Shown here: one piece after another, positions 39,690 to 49,656 of the stretch
Layout: every line of letters begins with the position of its first letter
Numbering within the stretch: the stretch's first letter is position 1
From: Nitrospira japonica
GTDB lineage: Bacteria > Nitrospirota > Thermodesulfovibrionia > UBA6902
Assembly: GCA_020723105.1 (NCBI GenBank)
Contig: DYJL01000017.1
Coordinates: forward strand, 1,395 to 65,394
Direction: 5' to 3'
Length of the DNA: 64,000 bases
Made by a program: the position numbers and the translations under genes
Notes under the pieces: model-generated
What the model was told of the DNA's origin: nothing
The model's input: the letters and a program-made list of their open reading frames with translations, nothing else
Databases searched by the model: none

Positions 39690-40635
39690 ACAAGTAAAGT
39701 CCTTTGTTCAGAGTATTTGCCACTGCTGTTTTAAATTCCTCAGTATAGTTTGCGTATTCAAATGAGGGCAGTTCAATCATGAGGGCAGCAGCCTCTATCT
39801 TTGAAAGAATGCTGTAAGGAAGCGGCAATACTCTTACCGTCTCTTCGCCTGACCCTGACCTGCTTGCTGCCTCCTTAATGGCATTCAGCAAGACAACAGT
39901 TTTTTTAAGATATTTTTCCTGTCCTCTATTGGATAAATACGGCTTAACTATGTCTGAAACATACTCTGTAATCACAGGCATATAAATTACCATATCTTTA
40001 TGATGGCCAACATGCAGACTGATAAGAACATCCGCATTCCTGCTGTTTGTATATTTCACTCTCTCAGCCTGGGCCATAAAGAGATCCCCGCTTCTGGTCA
40101 GATAACTTTTGAAAGATCCCTGTTCTGCAAGCGCACCGAGTTTTCTGGCAATATCCAGCACAACGTTTTTCTCCGCATAATCATCCCTGACAATACCACT
40201 TTCAAAGCCCCCATGTCCGGGGTCTATCACAATTATTTTAGCAGGGGCAGATTTTAAAGCCGTTTCCTTTTTCTTCTCGCCTTTCTTTTCATCCTGATAC
40301 ACATCTATGATAAGCCGGCCCGGATTTTTCAGAGCAGAGACCTTTAACCCGCTAAACTCTCCCGGTGAAAACATAACTGTATCCTTATCTGTCTTTTTAT
40401 GAGCAACCTCTGCCTTTTCTTCCTGTATTGTAAAGCTGGAGACCGGGAAGGTAACGAGTATATTTGATCCCTTCTGGTTTACTATTGCTTTGGTTACTAT
40501 CTCTTCAGCACCTTCAAGGACTATCCGCAGGTAGCCGGGATTGTAGCTCGTTCTTAATTTAAGGGGATACTCTTCTCCTCCTGAAATTTGCGGCAATAAA
40601 AGCAGGAACAGTGACAATAAGACAATATTTTTCAT
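39667..40635 (-). CDS. N-acetylmuramoyl-L-alanine amidase family (divergent Amidase_3)
   Basis: Signal peptide; IDPGHGG..EKNVVLDIA..LISLHVG..LMIELP. Confidence 0.75.
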   Translation of the reverse strand: MKNIVLLSLFLLLLPQISGGEEYPLKLRTSYNPGYLRIVLEGAEEIVTKAIVNQKGSNILVTFPVSSFTIQEEKAEVAHKKTDKDTVMFSPGEFSGLKVSALKNPGRLIIDVYQDEKKGEKKKETALKSAPAKIIVIDPGHGGFESGIVRDDYAEKNVVLDIARKLGALAEQGSFKSYLTRSGDLFMAQAERVKYTNSRNADVLISLHVGHHKDMVIYMPVITEYVSDIVKPYLSNRGQEKYLKKTVVLLNAIKEAASRSGSGEETVRVLPLPYSILSKIEAAALMIELPSFEYANYTEEFKTAVANTLNKGLYLYEESEAK

Positions 40636-40665
40636 ATCCAGAAATCGGCATCTCCTTTTAGATTC

Positions 40666-41250
40666 CTAGTTCTTCCGATGGCTCTCAAGGAGTATTTCCT
40701 CTACCATCTGGCAGATAACATGACCGAGAGTAATATGGGTTTCCTGTATCCTCGGAGTACTGCTGGATGGAACAGCAAAGACATAATCCGTCTTTGAGGC
40801 GAGCTTGTCGCCTTTTGCGCCTGTAAAGGCCACGGTCTTTAATTTTTTCTTTTTTGCAACATCTATCGCCTTCAAGACATTTGGAGAATTCCCGCTGGTG
40901 CTTATTGCAATGACCACGTCTCCTTCCTGCGCAAGGGCCTTTAACTGACGTGCAAAGATTTCCGAAAAATCATAGTCGTTTGAAATAGAGGTAAGGACCG
41001 CCATATCCGTATTCAGTGCAATGGCAGGAAATGGAGGACGGTCTTTCATAAAACGATTTACGAACTCCGCAACAATATGCGAGGCATCAGTAGAACTGCC
41101 GCCATTGCCAAAAAGCAGGAGTTTGCCGCCTTTGCTAAAGGCCTCGGCAATCATCTTTGATACCTCAATAATAGTGTCAATATTTTCTTTAACAAACTGC
41201 TGCTTGACAGATGCACTCTCCTCAAACGCTTTTATAATTTTTTCCCTCAT
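40666..41250 (-). CDS. gmhA: Phosphoheptose isomerase
   Basis: GNGGSSTDASH, ISTSGNSPN, TPRIQETH. Confidence 0.95.
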   Translation of the reverse strand: MREKIIKAFEESASVKQQFVKENIDTIIEVSKMIAEAFSKGGKLLLFGNGGSSTDASHIVAEFVNRFMKDRPPFPAIALNTDMAVLTSISNDYDFSEIFARQLKALAQEGDVVIAISTSGNSPNVLKAIDVAKKKKLKTVAFTGAKGDKLASKTDYVFAVPSSSTPRIQETHITLGHVICQMVEEILLESHRKN

Positions 41251-41252
41251 TA

Positions 41253-41756
41253 TCAATGAACCTCCGTCGTAATCTGAATTTCTTTTGAAAGCAATCCCTC
41301 TGACAGCCCCACTGCTGTAATCCTGTAATAATATTTCACATTGGGTTTAACGTTCTTATCTGTGAAAGCAGGAGTGACCGTCTCGCCAACCAGCATCTGG
41401 CCCTCGCCTGTTGTGGTGGAGCGATAAATTCTGTACAGTTTTATATCCTGTCCCTGAACCTCATCCCATGTAAGCACAATGCTTTGCCGGGTATAAACAC
41501 CTTTTAGTCCTGCGGGGGAATCCGGAGTGGTTACCTGTATTGTTTGCTCTTCACGCATTTTCTGCTTTGACAAATCCTCTTGTCTCTCTCCCTCTTTTTG
41601 GGTTTCATCCTTCTTTCTTTCAACAGCTCTTTCATCACGGGGTTCAATTGCAACAGGATCGCCCCTTCTGCCGCAAGCAGTAAGCGAAGTGAGAAGTAAG
41701 AAGTGAGAAGCAAGAAGTAAGATATTAACGCTCAGAAATAATTTTTTATTTTTCAC
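41253..41756 (-). CDS. Lipoprotein with fibronectin type III domain
   Basis: LTACGRRGDP lipobox; P.GL..LTWD..YRIYR..FTD..V.P..YYYRITAV. Confidence 0.8.
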   Translation of the reverse strand: MKNKKLFLSVNILLLASHFLLLTSLTACGRRGDPVAIEPRDERAVERKKDETQKEGERQEDLSKQKMREEQTIQVTTPDSPAGLKGVYTRQSIVLTWDEVQGQDIKLYRIYRSTTTGEGQMLVGETVTPAFTDKNVKPNVKYYYRITAVGLSEGLLSKEIQITTEVH

Positions 41757-41766
41757 TTCCCACTTT

Positions 41767-43137
41767 TCACTTCCCAGTTTTTATTTTCCTGATCCTTGCA
41801 AGCACCCTCCTTCCGGAGGTCCCGCCGAAAGATTTCTTACTGTCAATTGAAGTCTTAACTGTAATGTAATCAAAGACATCCTTCCCGATAAGCCTTGAAA
41901 ACTGCTGAAACTCCCTCGTACTCAACTCATTCAGGGCCTTCTTATTATCAATGCAATATCTCACGATTTCACCGGTAACCCTGTGAGCCTCGCGGAAAGG
42001 CATGCCTTTTCTGACAAGATATTCAGCAAGGTCTGTGGCAGTCGGAAACCCCTTCTCTAAGGCCTGCTCCATCGCTTCTTTATTAAAGCGCATTCCAGGC
42101 AGCATCTCTGTTAAAACCTGAAGGCTTGATTTCACTGTATCAACTGTATCAAACAAAGGCTCTTTGTCTTCCTGCAAATCTCTGTTATATGCAAGCGGCA
42201 ACCCCTTCATGACAGTGAGTATGGCCACAAGATGTCCAAACACCCTTCCCGCCTTGCCCCTTATCAATTCAAGGACATCAGGGTTTTTCTTCTGCGGCAT
42301 GATGCTGGAACCGGTCGTAAAGGAATCGGGCAATTCAACAAATCCGAACTGATCGTTATTCCATATAATTATTTCTTCTGAAAGCCTTGACAGATGCACC
42401 ATCAAAGTACTTGACGCTGAAATAAATTCAATGACAAAGTCCCTGTCAGATACAGCATCCATGCTGTTTTCCGATATTCTGGGAAACTTTAAAAGCTGTG
42501 CTACATATTTCCGGTCAACAGGGAACGTTGTTCCAGCTAATGCAGCAGAGCCAAGAGGCATCACATTCACCCTCTTCAGACAGTCTTTAAATCTCTCCAG
42601 GTCCCGCTCCAGCATCTCAAAATATGCAAGCAAATGATGCGCAAGCAGCACAGGCTGTGCTTTCTGGAGATGCGTAAATCCGGGCATAACAGTATCAACA
42701 TGTTTCTCTGCGGCAGAGACCAGAACTCTCTGAAAGTTCTTAAGGAGTTTTAAAACATCTGCAATTTCATCCCGCAGAAAAAGCCTGATATCAAGAGCCA
42801 CCTGGTCATTCCTGCTCCTTGCCGTATGAAGCTTGCCACCAACAGGGCCTATTTTCTTGATGAGGGCCTGTTCTATATTCATATGCACATCTTCAAGGCT
42901 GTCAAGAAACCTGAACTTGCCGCCCTGTATTTCCGTCTTTATTTCATTCAGCCCCTGAAGGATTAAACCGGCATCTTTTTGAGGTATTATCTTCTGCCTG
43001 CCGAGCATCTTTACATGTGCGATGCTGCCCTCGATGTCGTATTTCCAGAGACGGACGTCAAAAGACAGTGAAGAGGTAAAATTTTCCACCACCTTTTCCG
43101 TCTTTTCTTTAAACCTTCCGGACCAGAGTTTTTCCAT
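41767..43137 (-). CDS. argH: Argininosuccinate lyase
   Basis: KLWSGRF, KLHTARSRNDQV, GSSIMPQKKNPD, YNRDLQEDK. Confidence 0.98.
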   Translation of the reverse strand: MEKLWSGRFKEKTEKVVENFTSSLSFDVRLWKYDIEGSIAHVKMLGRQKIIPQKDAGLILQGLNEIKTEIQGGKFRFLDSLEDVHMNIEQALIKKIGPVGGKLHTARSRNDQVALDIRLFLRDEIADVLKLLKNFQRVLVSAAEKHVDTVMPGFTHLQKAQPVLLAHHLLAYFEMLERDLERFKDCLKRVNVMPLGSAALAGTTFPVDRKYVAQLLKFPRISENSMDAVSDRDFVIEFISASSTLMVHLSRLSEEIIIWNNDQFGFVELPDSFTTGSSIMPQKKNPDVLELIRGKAGRVFGHLVAILTVMKGLPLAYNRDLQEDKEPLFDTVDTVKSSLQVLTEMLPGMRFNKEAMEQALEKGFPTATDLAEYLVRKGMPFREAHRVTGEIVRYCIDNKKALNELSTREFQQFSRLIGKDVFDYITVKTSIDSKKSFGGTSGRRVLARIRKIKTGK

Positions 43138-43288
43138 GAGAGTAAGAATAAAATTTAACCCTGCGGATAGTCAAGCACATGTTGATAATCACTATAAAGT
43201 TACTTTAGACTATCAGCCATACATAACAAAATCATCATCAAAGAAACAGGCATTGTTTCTGCAGGGCCCGGGTTATCATTAAAGTTCA

Positions 43289-44239
43289 GTGAAAAAAAAA
43301 CGCAGGAAAAAAAGCAAAATTACAAAACTCCTTGAATACGCAGCAGCGTATCTCATCATATTCATCACACAACTCGCACCGTTGAAAGTTGTAAGGCTGA
43401 TCAGCAATCTTCTTGGCGATCTCTTCTACTTCTTAAGCAGGAAACGCCGCAATATAGCTATTAGCAATCTGCAGCATGCCTTTAAAGAAGAAAAGGATGA
43501 ACATACCATCAGAAATATTGCGCGTCAAAGCTGCAGGTCTTTTGTTCTTACCTTTCTGGAAATCATAAAGCTCCGTCAATTCTTCTCAAAACCTGAGGCT
43601 GTAGACAGCTTCAGAAGCACAACTAAAGATCTGGACCAACTGTTTCTTAAGGCAAAAAAAATTCATGATGAGTCTCAGGGATGCATTTTTGTAACTCCGC
43701 ATATAGGCAACTGGGAAATCCTTCCTCAGTTAAGCGCAACACTTGGAATTCCCCTTGTTGCCGTTGCAAGGCCTCTGGATAATGAATATCTCGAGAAACT
43801 CATATTCAGGAGCCGCTCTTTTGGCGGACAGATTATCATTCCCAAAAAAAATGCCCTGTTCGTCCTCCAGAAGACACTTAAGCAGGGTACCTCCATAGGC
43901 CTGCTGCCGGACCAGAGCACGATGAAGGGAATCCTGATTGATTTCTTTGGACGCAAGGCTACTACTACCCCTGTTCCCGCTATCCTTGCCGTAACATATA
44001 AAAAGCCGGTTGTTGTTGTAGCCTGCTGCAGGAAGTCAGGGGATTACCAATATGAAGGTTTTGTAAGCGACCCTGTTTATCCGGGGGAATACACAAGTGA
44101 AAAGGATGAGATAATCAGAGTTACCGAAGAGATGACCCGTAAAATGGAATCTATTATCAGAAAGTATCCCGAACAATACCTCTGGATACACAACCGATGG
44201 AAGACCTATAAGGGGAAGAAAGAATTCTTGTCAGGCTAA
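43289..44239 (+). CDS. Lipid A late acyltransferase (LpxL/HtrB family)
   Basis: TPHIGNWE, LLPDQ, FFGRKA, PEQYLWIHNRWK. Confidence 0.9.
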   Translation: MKKKRRKKSKITKLLEYAAAYLIIFITQLAPLKVVRLISNLLGDLFYFLSRKRRNIAISNLQHAFKEEKDEHTIRNIARQSCRSFVLTFLEIIKLRQFFSKPEAVDSFRSTTKDLDQLFLKAKKIHDESQGCIFVTPHIGNWEILPQLSATLGIPLVAVARPLDNEYLEKLIFRSRSFGGQIIIPKKNALFVLQKTLKQGTSIGLLPDQSTMKGILIDFFGRKATTTPVPAILAVTYKKPVVVVACCRKSGDYQYEGFVSDPVYPGEYTSEKDEIIRVTEEMTRKMESIIRKYPEQYLWIHNRWKTYKGKKEFLSG

Positions 44240-45453
44240 ACAGTTACCTCTATCCTGTTCCTGCCTTTTTGTTTGGCCCTCAGCAGAGCCTCGTCAGCCC
44301 TGCTGATAATTTCCTGCTTTTCCATCATATTATGATTATAAGACGAGACCCCAAGGCTTATGGTAATACCGGCTTCCTCCTCTACTTCCCTTCTTATCCT
44401 CTCAGCAACCTCGCAGGCCTCTGACAGGCCTGTTTCAGAGAGAATTATGAGAAATTCTTCACCGCCGTATCTTACGCCAAGGTCTACATGACGTACTTCC
44501 CTCGATATTATTTTTGCCAGATTCACAAGCATCTTATCCCCAACAGTATGCCCGTAAGTGTCATTGTAATTCTTGAAGTAATCAATATCGAGCATAATTA
44601 CTGAAAAGGGATATTCTGTTCTTCTGGCTCTTGCAAACTCGGTCTCAAGGACATAATCCATGAGGCGCCTGTTTGCAAGCCCTGTGAGAGGGTCATGAAG
44701 CGAAAGTTCCTTAGTCTCTTTAATCAGGTTTTCCAGTTCATCTTCTCTCTTCTTCAGGTCTTTTGTCATTTTATTGAAATGATCAGCAAGCTGGCCGATT
44801 TCATCATGCGTACTTACATGAACAATATGTCCCAAGTCACCGCATCCCACTATTCTGACTGCCTCTGCAAGCTCGGAAACAGGCCTTGTTATGGTTTTTG
44901 AAAGAAAAATCGCTGCAACAACCCCTGCGCTCATAACAGCAGTAATTATCCAGAGCATAAGCATGACAATGTCATTAATGTCTCTTTTGATTGAATCCCT
45001 TGAGAGGCCCAGATGTATGCTTCCTACCTCGCCTTTTAAAACAGGCACTGCTATATCAAGAATATCTTTAGTTCCCATTTTAACAGCCTGAACACTGCGT
45101 GTCTGTCCGGCGCCGATTATGTTTGCACTTTTCAGGTCTACAGGAAAACCCTCTTCAAACGTGTGCGCCAGTACCTCTCCGTCATTGTTCAGAATGCATA
45201 TATATTCAATATCCTCTTCAGAGCTTTTAACATCTCTTGCCATCATCTCAAGTTCAAAGAACTGCTCTGTCAATATTGGGGCAATACTGTATTCAGCAAT
45301 ATATGTGGCTATAGAGAAACCTCTCTCCTGAAGTTTAATAAAGAGCTTCTGATAGAGCGCTGTCTTCACAAAAAACATCATGGAGACTGCTGACATCATT
45401 ACAACACCTGCCGTCATCATTAATATTTTGGCCTTCAGGTTTAAAGTTCCCAT
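44236..45453 (-). CDS. Membrane HAMP-GGDEF diguanylate cyclase
   Basis: 2 TM with periplasmic sensor, HAMP (DEIGQLADHFNKM), RHVDLGVRYGGEEF. Confidence 0.9.
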   Translation of the reverse strand: MGTLNLKAKILMMTAGVVMMSAVSMMFFVKTALYQKLFIKLQERGFSIATYIAEYSIAPILTEQFFELEMMARDVKSSEEDIEYICILNNDGEVLAHTFEEGFPVDLKSANIIGAGQTRSVQAVKMGTKDILDIAVPVLKGEVGSIHLGLSRDSIKRDINDIVMLMLWIITAVMSAGVVAAIFLSKTITRPVSELAEAVRIVGCGDLGHIVHVSTHDEIGQLADHFNKMTKDLKKREDELENLIKETKELSLHDPLTGLANRRLMDYVLETEFARARRTEYPFSVIMLDIDYFKNYNDTYGHTVGDKMLVNLAKIISREVRHVDLGVRYGGEEFLIILSETGLSEACEVAERIRREVEEEAGITISLGVSSYNHNMMEKQEIISRADEALLRAKQKGRNRIEVTV

Positions 45454-45548
45454 AATTTATCTACCTTAACTTCCCTCTTGCTGCTGTAAAATTGCCCTTT
45501 GTGAAGATTCTACCCCCTATCCTCTTGTGAGTCAATTTTTAAAGACGA

Positions 45549-45711
45549 GCAGGCTGCTGAAAAAGTCAGTAATTGTCATTGCGAGGAGCGTATTTTGCGA
45601 CGAAGCAATCTCAGACTTATTGATTTATAAAGAAGTGAGTTTGCTTCGCTCGCAATGACAAGCGAGGGACCTGCTTGCAAAGACAGCTAAAATACTTTTT
45701 CAGCAACCTGC
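45549..45711. mobile_element. MITE-like element (IS5/IS1182-like ends) enclosing a GTCATTGCGAG palindrome
   Basis: 18-bp terminal IR gcaggctgctgaaaaagt/actttttcagcaacctgc (1 mismatch); internal 13-bp perfect IR ttgtcattgcgag/ctcgcaatgacaa. Confidence 0.7.
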
Positions 45712-45820
45712 GGGTTTAAGCCGCTTAAACCGTTTTTTGTTTCTTCCCTACCCCCCTACACCCTATCCCCTAATCCCTGATTTATTGAATTAACCATTTG
45801 ATTAATGATATTTTATTCAG

Positions 45821-46951
45821 GTGCTAAAAAGACTGATGATAAGCACTGGGGAGGCCTCCGGAGAACTATACGGCGCCATGCTGAGCAGAGAGGTGAAAAG
45901 GCTCTGGCCTGATACGGAAATATTCGGCATCGGAGGCCCGCGCATGAAGGCTGAAGGCGTTTCTCTTATAGCTCCGATTTCACATGTGGTCGGCATTGTT
46001 GAAGCAATCAGGCATATCAGGGAAATCAGACTCACCTTCAAAAAAGCATCTGAAGCATTAATCAGCAAGAAACCTGATGTCCTCGTCCTCATAGACTATC
46101 CTGATTTCAATATCACTCTGGCTCAAAAGGCAAAAGCCTCTAACATTCCCGTGCTCTATTATGTCAGTCCGCAAGTATGGGCCTGGCGAAGTGGAAGAGT
46201 GAAAAAAATTTCCTCGCTTGTAAACAGAATGGCGGTCCTGTTCCCCTTTGAAGTGGAATATTATAAAAATACAGGCCTTCCCTGCGAATTCGTCGGACAT
46301 CCTGTTGCGGAAACAATAAACATACGTCGCTCCAGGGAAGAACTTAAAAAAGATCTTGGACTTGACGCTGATAAGAAAGTAATCACGCTTCTTCCCGGAA
46401 GCAGGCCTAATGAAATCCAGAGACATCAGAAAATAATCAGAGAGGTTGCTGTAAAGATTCACGGGGAATTTCCGGACCTGCAGATTGTGGTCCCCCTTAC
46501 CGCTGAAACACGCCTGACTGAACAATTCCCCGGGTATGTCAGGGTTGTCTATAACCGCACCACAGAAGCTGTCGCCTGTTCAGAGGCATCTGCCGTAGCC
46601 TCAGGCACGGCAACGCTTGAGACAGCACTGTTAAGCACGCCGATGGTTGTCTTTTATAAACTCTCTCCCCTCACTTACTATCTTGTAAAGTCCCTCGCCA
46701 AAGTCCGGTTTGTATCTCTGGTGAATATTCTTTCGGGGAAAGAAGTGGTCCGGGAAATGCTGCAGAAAGATGCGCACCCCGAGAAAATATTTGCAGAAAT
46801 AAAAAGGCTTCTGACAGATACGCAATACCGGGGTGAAATGATATTCAGCCTTAAAAAAATCGGCGATATCTTTCAGGGGAAAAAACCGTCTGTCAGGACC
46901 GCCGAGATAATTGGGGAAATAGCAGGATGGCAAAATGCTGTTCATATATGA
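45821..46951 (+). CDS. lpxB: Lipid-A-disaccharide synthase
   Basis: GEASGE, IDYPDFN, YVSPQVWAWR, LLPGSR, SGTATLE. Confidence 0.95.
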   Translation: MLKRLMISTGEASGELYGAMLSREVKRLWPDTEIFGIGGPRMKAEGVSLIAPISHVVGIVEAIRHIREIRLTFKKASEALISKKPDVLVLIDYPDFNITLAQKAKASNIPVLYYVSPQVWAWRSGRVKKISSLVNRMAVLFPFEVEYYKNTGLPCEFVGHPVAETINIRRSREELKKDLGLDADKKVITLLPGSRPNEIQRHQKIIREVAVKIHGEFPDLQIVVPLTAETRLTEQFPGYVRVVYNRTTEAVACSEASAVASGTATLETALLSTPMVVFYKLSPLTYYLVKSLAKVRFVSLVNILSGKEVVREMLQKDAHPEKIFAEIKRLLTDTQYRGEMIFSLKKIGDIFQGKKPSVRTAEIIGEIAGWQNAVHI

Positions 46952-48197
46952 TCTCCTTTCAGCAATAGCGCTTCTTCTGTATCTGCCCGCGCTCTTTCTG
47001 AAAAAAGGCCCTGATGACAAAAGAAAGTTCGTCAAAGAACGTCTCGGCATCTCATGTTATAAAAAGACCGATATATGGGTACATGCAGTCTCAGTAGGAG
47101 AGGTAATTGCGTGTGTGCCTTTTCTTCAGATGCTCAGGAAAGAATTTCCATATAAACGAATCATATTTTCCACAACAACATATACCGGACAAAAGCTTGC
47201 GCTTGAAAGATTCCCTGAGGCTGACAGGATAATGTATATGCCCTGGGACAGCGGATTATGCATCAACAGGGTTGTGCATTCTTTAAAACCGGAAATCTTC
47301 ATAACAATAGAAACCGAGCTGTGGCCCGCCCTCTTTCACACCCTGAAAAAATCAGGCTCCAGAATCGTTGTGCTGAACGGCAGGATATCAAATAAATCCT
47401 TCAAAGGCTACAAGCGCTTAGGGTTTTTAATGGAGAACCTCCTGTCGTATGTTGATTTTCTCTATATGCAGGGGAAAAGTGATGCTGAAAAAATCATAGC
47501 GCTCGGGGCGGATAAATCCAGGGTAGGGCTTATGGGAAATTTCAAATTCGATATCTCATTTGACACCCTTCATCCCCTGCAGTGGCTTGAGCCTGTTAGC
47601 GGCAGAATCCTCCTGGCTGCCAGCACCCATAAAGGCGAAGAAGAAATAATTCTTGATGCTTATGAAACAGCAAAACTGAATCATCCTGATTTAAAACTCA
47701 TTATAGCCCCGCGGCATCCTGAGAGGTTCAGCGAGGTTGAAGAAATTCTTGGGAAAAGAGATTTTAATTTTATCAGACGTTCGGCGCTAAGCAATGGACT
47801 ATATGCAGGAACGCAGTACGCTGCGCCTTTTGATATCATACTGCTCGATACTATCGGCGAGCTGTCACAGGTCTTCTCCAGAAGCTCCATAGCCTTTGTA
47901 GGCGGAAGCCTTGTACCATTAGGCGGACACAATATTTTAGAACCTGCTTACTGGGGCCGGCCTATAATATTCGGGCCTCACATGGATAATTTCCCGATTG
48001 CAAATGAATTTCTTGCAAGAGCTGCTGCAATTCAGGTAAATAATGCAGATGAAATAGCACAGGCCGTCAAACATTTACTGGATAATAATGAAAAAGCTGT
48101 GCGGCTGGGACAAAATGCAAAGACCATTGTAGAAGAAAATTCAGGCGCAGTAAATAAAGCAATCGAGCTTGTGAGGAGGTTCCTTGGGACTGCTTAG
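46935..48197 (+). CDS. waaA: Kdo transferase
   Basis: IWVHAVSVGE, ETELWP, APRHPERF, GGSLVPLGGHNILEPA. Confidence 0.95.
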   Translation: MLFIYDLLSAIALLLYLPALFLKKGPDDKRKFVKERLGISCYKKTDIWVHAVSVGEVIACVPFLQMLRKEFPYKRIIFSTTTYTGQKLALERFPEADRIMYMPWDSGLCINRVVHSLKPEIFITIETELWPALFHTLKKSGSRIVVLNGRISNKSFKGYKRLGFLMENLLSYVDFLYMQGKSDAEKIIALGADKSRVGLMGNFKFDISFDTLHPLQWLEPVSGRILLAASTHKGEEEIILDAYETAKLNHPDLKLIIAPRHPERFSEVEEILGKRDFNFIRRSALSNGLYAGTQYAAPFDIILLDTIGELSQVFSRSSIAFVGGSLVPLGGHNILEPAYWGRPIIFGPHMDNFPIANEFLARAAAIQVNNADEIAQAVKHLLDNNEKAVRLGQNAKTIVEENSGAVNKAIELVRRFLGTA

Positions 48198-49251
48198 CGC
48201 ATTATACGGGCTGGGAGTAGGATGCAAAAGGTTCCTTGTAAAACCTCAACGGCTTCCTGCAAAAGTCATCAGCGTCGGCAATATAACCCTCGGCGGCACC
48301 GGCAAGACCCCCGCTGTAATTTCCATAGCAGAAGAAGCAAAAAAGCGGGGCTTTCAGCCGTGCATACTTACGAGGGGGTATAAAGGTAAAGTAAAAGGCC
48401 CGTGCTTTATAATAAGCGCAAATCATTCCGCATCACCTGTAGGGGCAGGCCTCTGTGCCTGCCCTGGGCAACCACAGGGGGTTGCCCCTACAAAAAAATA
48501 CATCTGCACTGGTCTCGATGCGGGTGATGAACCAGCGTTGATGGCGGAAAGATTAGAAGGCACGCCCATAGTAAAATGCGCAGACAGATATAAAGGCGGG
48601 CAATTTGCAATTTCAAATTTTAGATTCGAACTTCCGAATTTATTGTTCATCCTCGACGACGGCTTTCAGCATTGGAGGCTTCACAGAGATATTGATATAC
48701 TTCTAATAGATGCAACTAATCCTTTCGGCAACAAAAGACTATTCCCTGAAGGCAGGCTGAGAGAGCCTTTAAGCTCCATGAAAAGAGCAAACCTGATAGT
48801 GCTGACAAAAACCGATAACGTCAACAGTAAAACAATTTCCATGCTTGTTCAGGAGATAAGAAAACATAACTCAGACGCTCCAGTTTACAGGGCCTCGCAC
48901 AAACCAGCAGCGCTTATTAAATCATCCGGAGAATCGGCAGATCTGAATTTCCTGAGAAATAGAAAAATTTTTGCCTTTGCAGGCCTTGCAAATCCATCTC
49001 ACTTTAAAGAGACCCTGATTTCAGAAGGCGCTGATATAATCAACTTCAAGACCTTCAGGGACCACTATAGTTACAGACAGAGGGATGCAGATAAAATCAG
49101 ATCGGAAGCAGCAGGATCAGACATCATTACGACAGAAAAAGATTTGGTAAAACTCAGAGGATTTCAATTGCCGAACAATATATTTGCGCTAAGGATTGAA
49201 TTCTCTGTTGAAGAAGATTTCTATAACAAAATATTTCGGAGGGAGCAATGA
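48184..49251 (+). CDS. lpxK: Tetraacyldisaccharide 4'-kinase (with two repeat-derived in-frame inserts)
   Basis: SVGNITLGGTGKTP, TRGY, GDEP, LDDGFQH, G.LREP, TTEKDLVK. Confidence 0.95.
   Translation: MGLLSALYGLGVGCKRFLVKPQRLPAKVISVGNITLGGTGKTPAVISIAEEAKKRGFQPCILTRGYKGKVKGPCFIISANHSASPVGAGLCACPGQPQGVAPTKKYICTGLDAGDEPALMAERLEGTPIVKCADRYKGGQFAISNFRFELPNLLFILDDGFQHWRLHRDIDILLIDATNPFGNKRLFPEGRLREPLSSMKRANLIVLTKTDNVNSKTISMLVQEIRKHNSDAPVYRASHKPAALIKSSGESADLNFLRNRKIFAFAGLANPSHFKETLISEGADIINFKTFRDHYSYRQRDADKIRSEAAGSDIITTEKDLVKLRGFQLPNNIFALRIEFSVEEDFYNKIFRREQ
48438..48492. repeat. GTAG-type REP doublet inside lpxK
   Basis: TGTAGGGGCAGGCCTCTGTGCCTGCCCTGGGCAACCACAGGGGGTTGCCCCTACA. Confidence 0.85.
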
Positions 49252-49649
49252 TTAAAAATATCAACATCAGGACCAAATCAAGAAATGAATTCGTTGACAT
49301 CACTTCAGACATACAGGCTCTCATTGAAGAGGCCGGGGTAGAAAATGGGCTATGCTGTATTTATATTCCTCATACAACCGCAGGAATTACAATTAACGAA
49401 GGCGCAGACCCTTCGGTTGTAAGAGATATACAGAATACGCTCAGCAATTTAATCCCGCACAGCAAAAACTATCAGCATATGGAAGGCAATTCAGATGCAC
49501 ATATTAAAACCACGCTGGTCGGCTCTTCTCAAACTGTTCTTATTGACGGAGGCAAGCTCCTTCTGGGCACCTGGCAGTCTGTATTCTTCTGCGAATTCGA
49601 CGGGCCCCGACACAGAAGAGCGACAGTGAAGCTTGTGAGTGACAGGTAG
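49248..49649 (+). CDS. YjbQ/UPF0047 family protein
   Basis: PHTTAGITINE, HMEGNSDAHIK, LGTWQSVFFCEFDGPR. Confidence 0.93.
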   Translation: MIKNINIRTKSRNEFVDITSDIQALIEEAGVENGLCCIYIPHTTAGITINEGADPSVVRDIQNTLSNLIPHSKNYQHMEGNSDAHIKTTLVGSSQTVLIDGGKLLLGTWQSVFFCEFDGPRHRRATVKLVSDR

Positions 49650-49656
49650 CCGCCGG

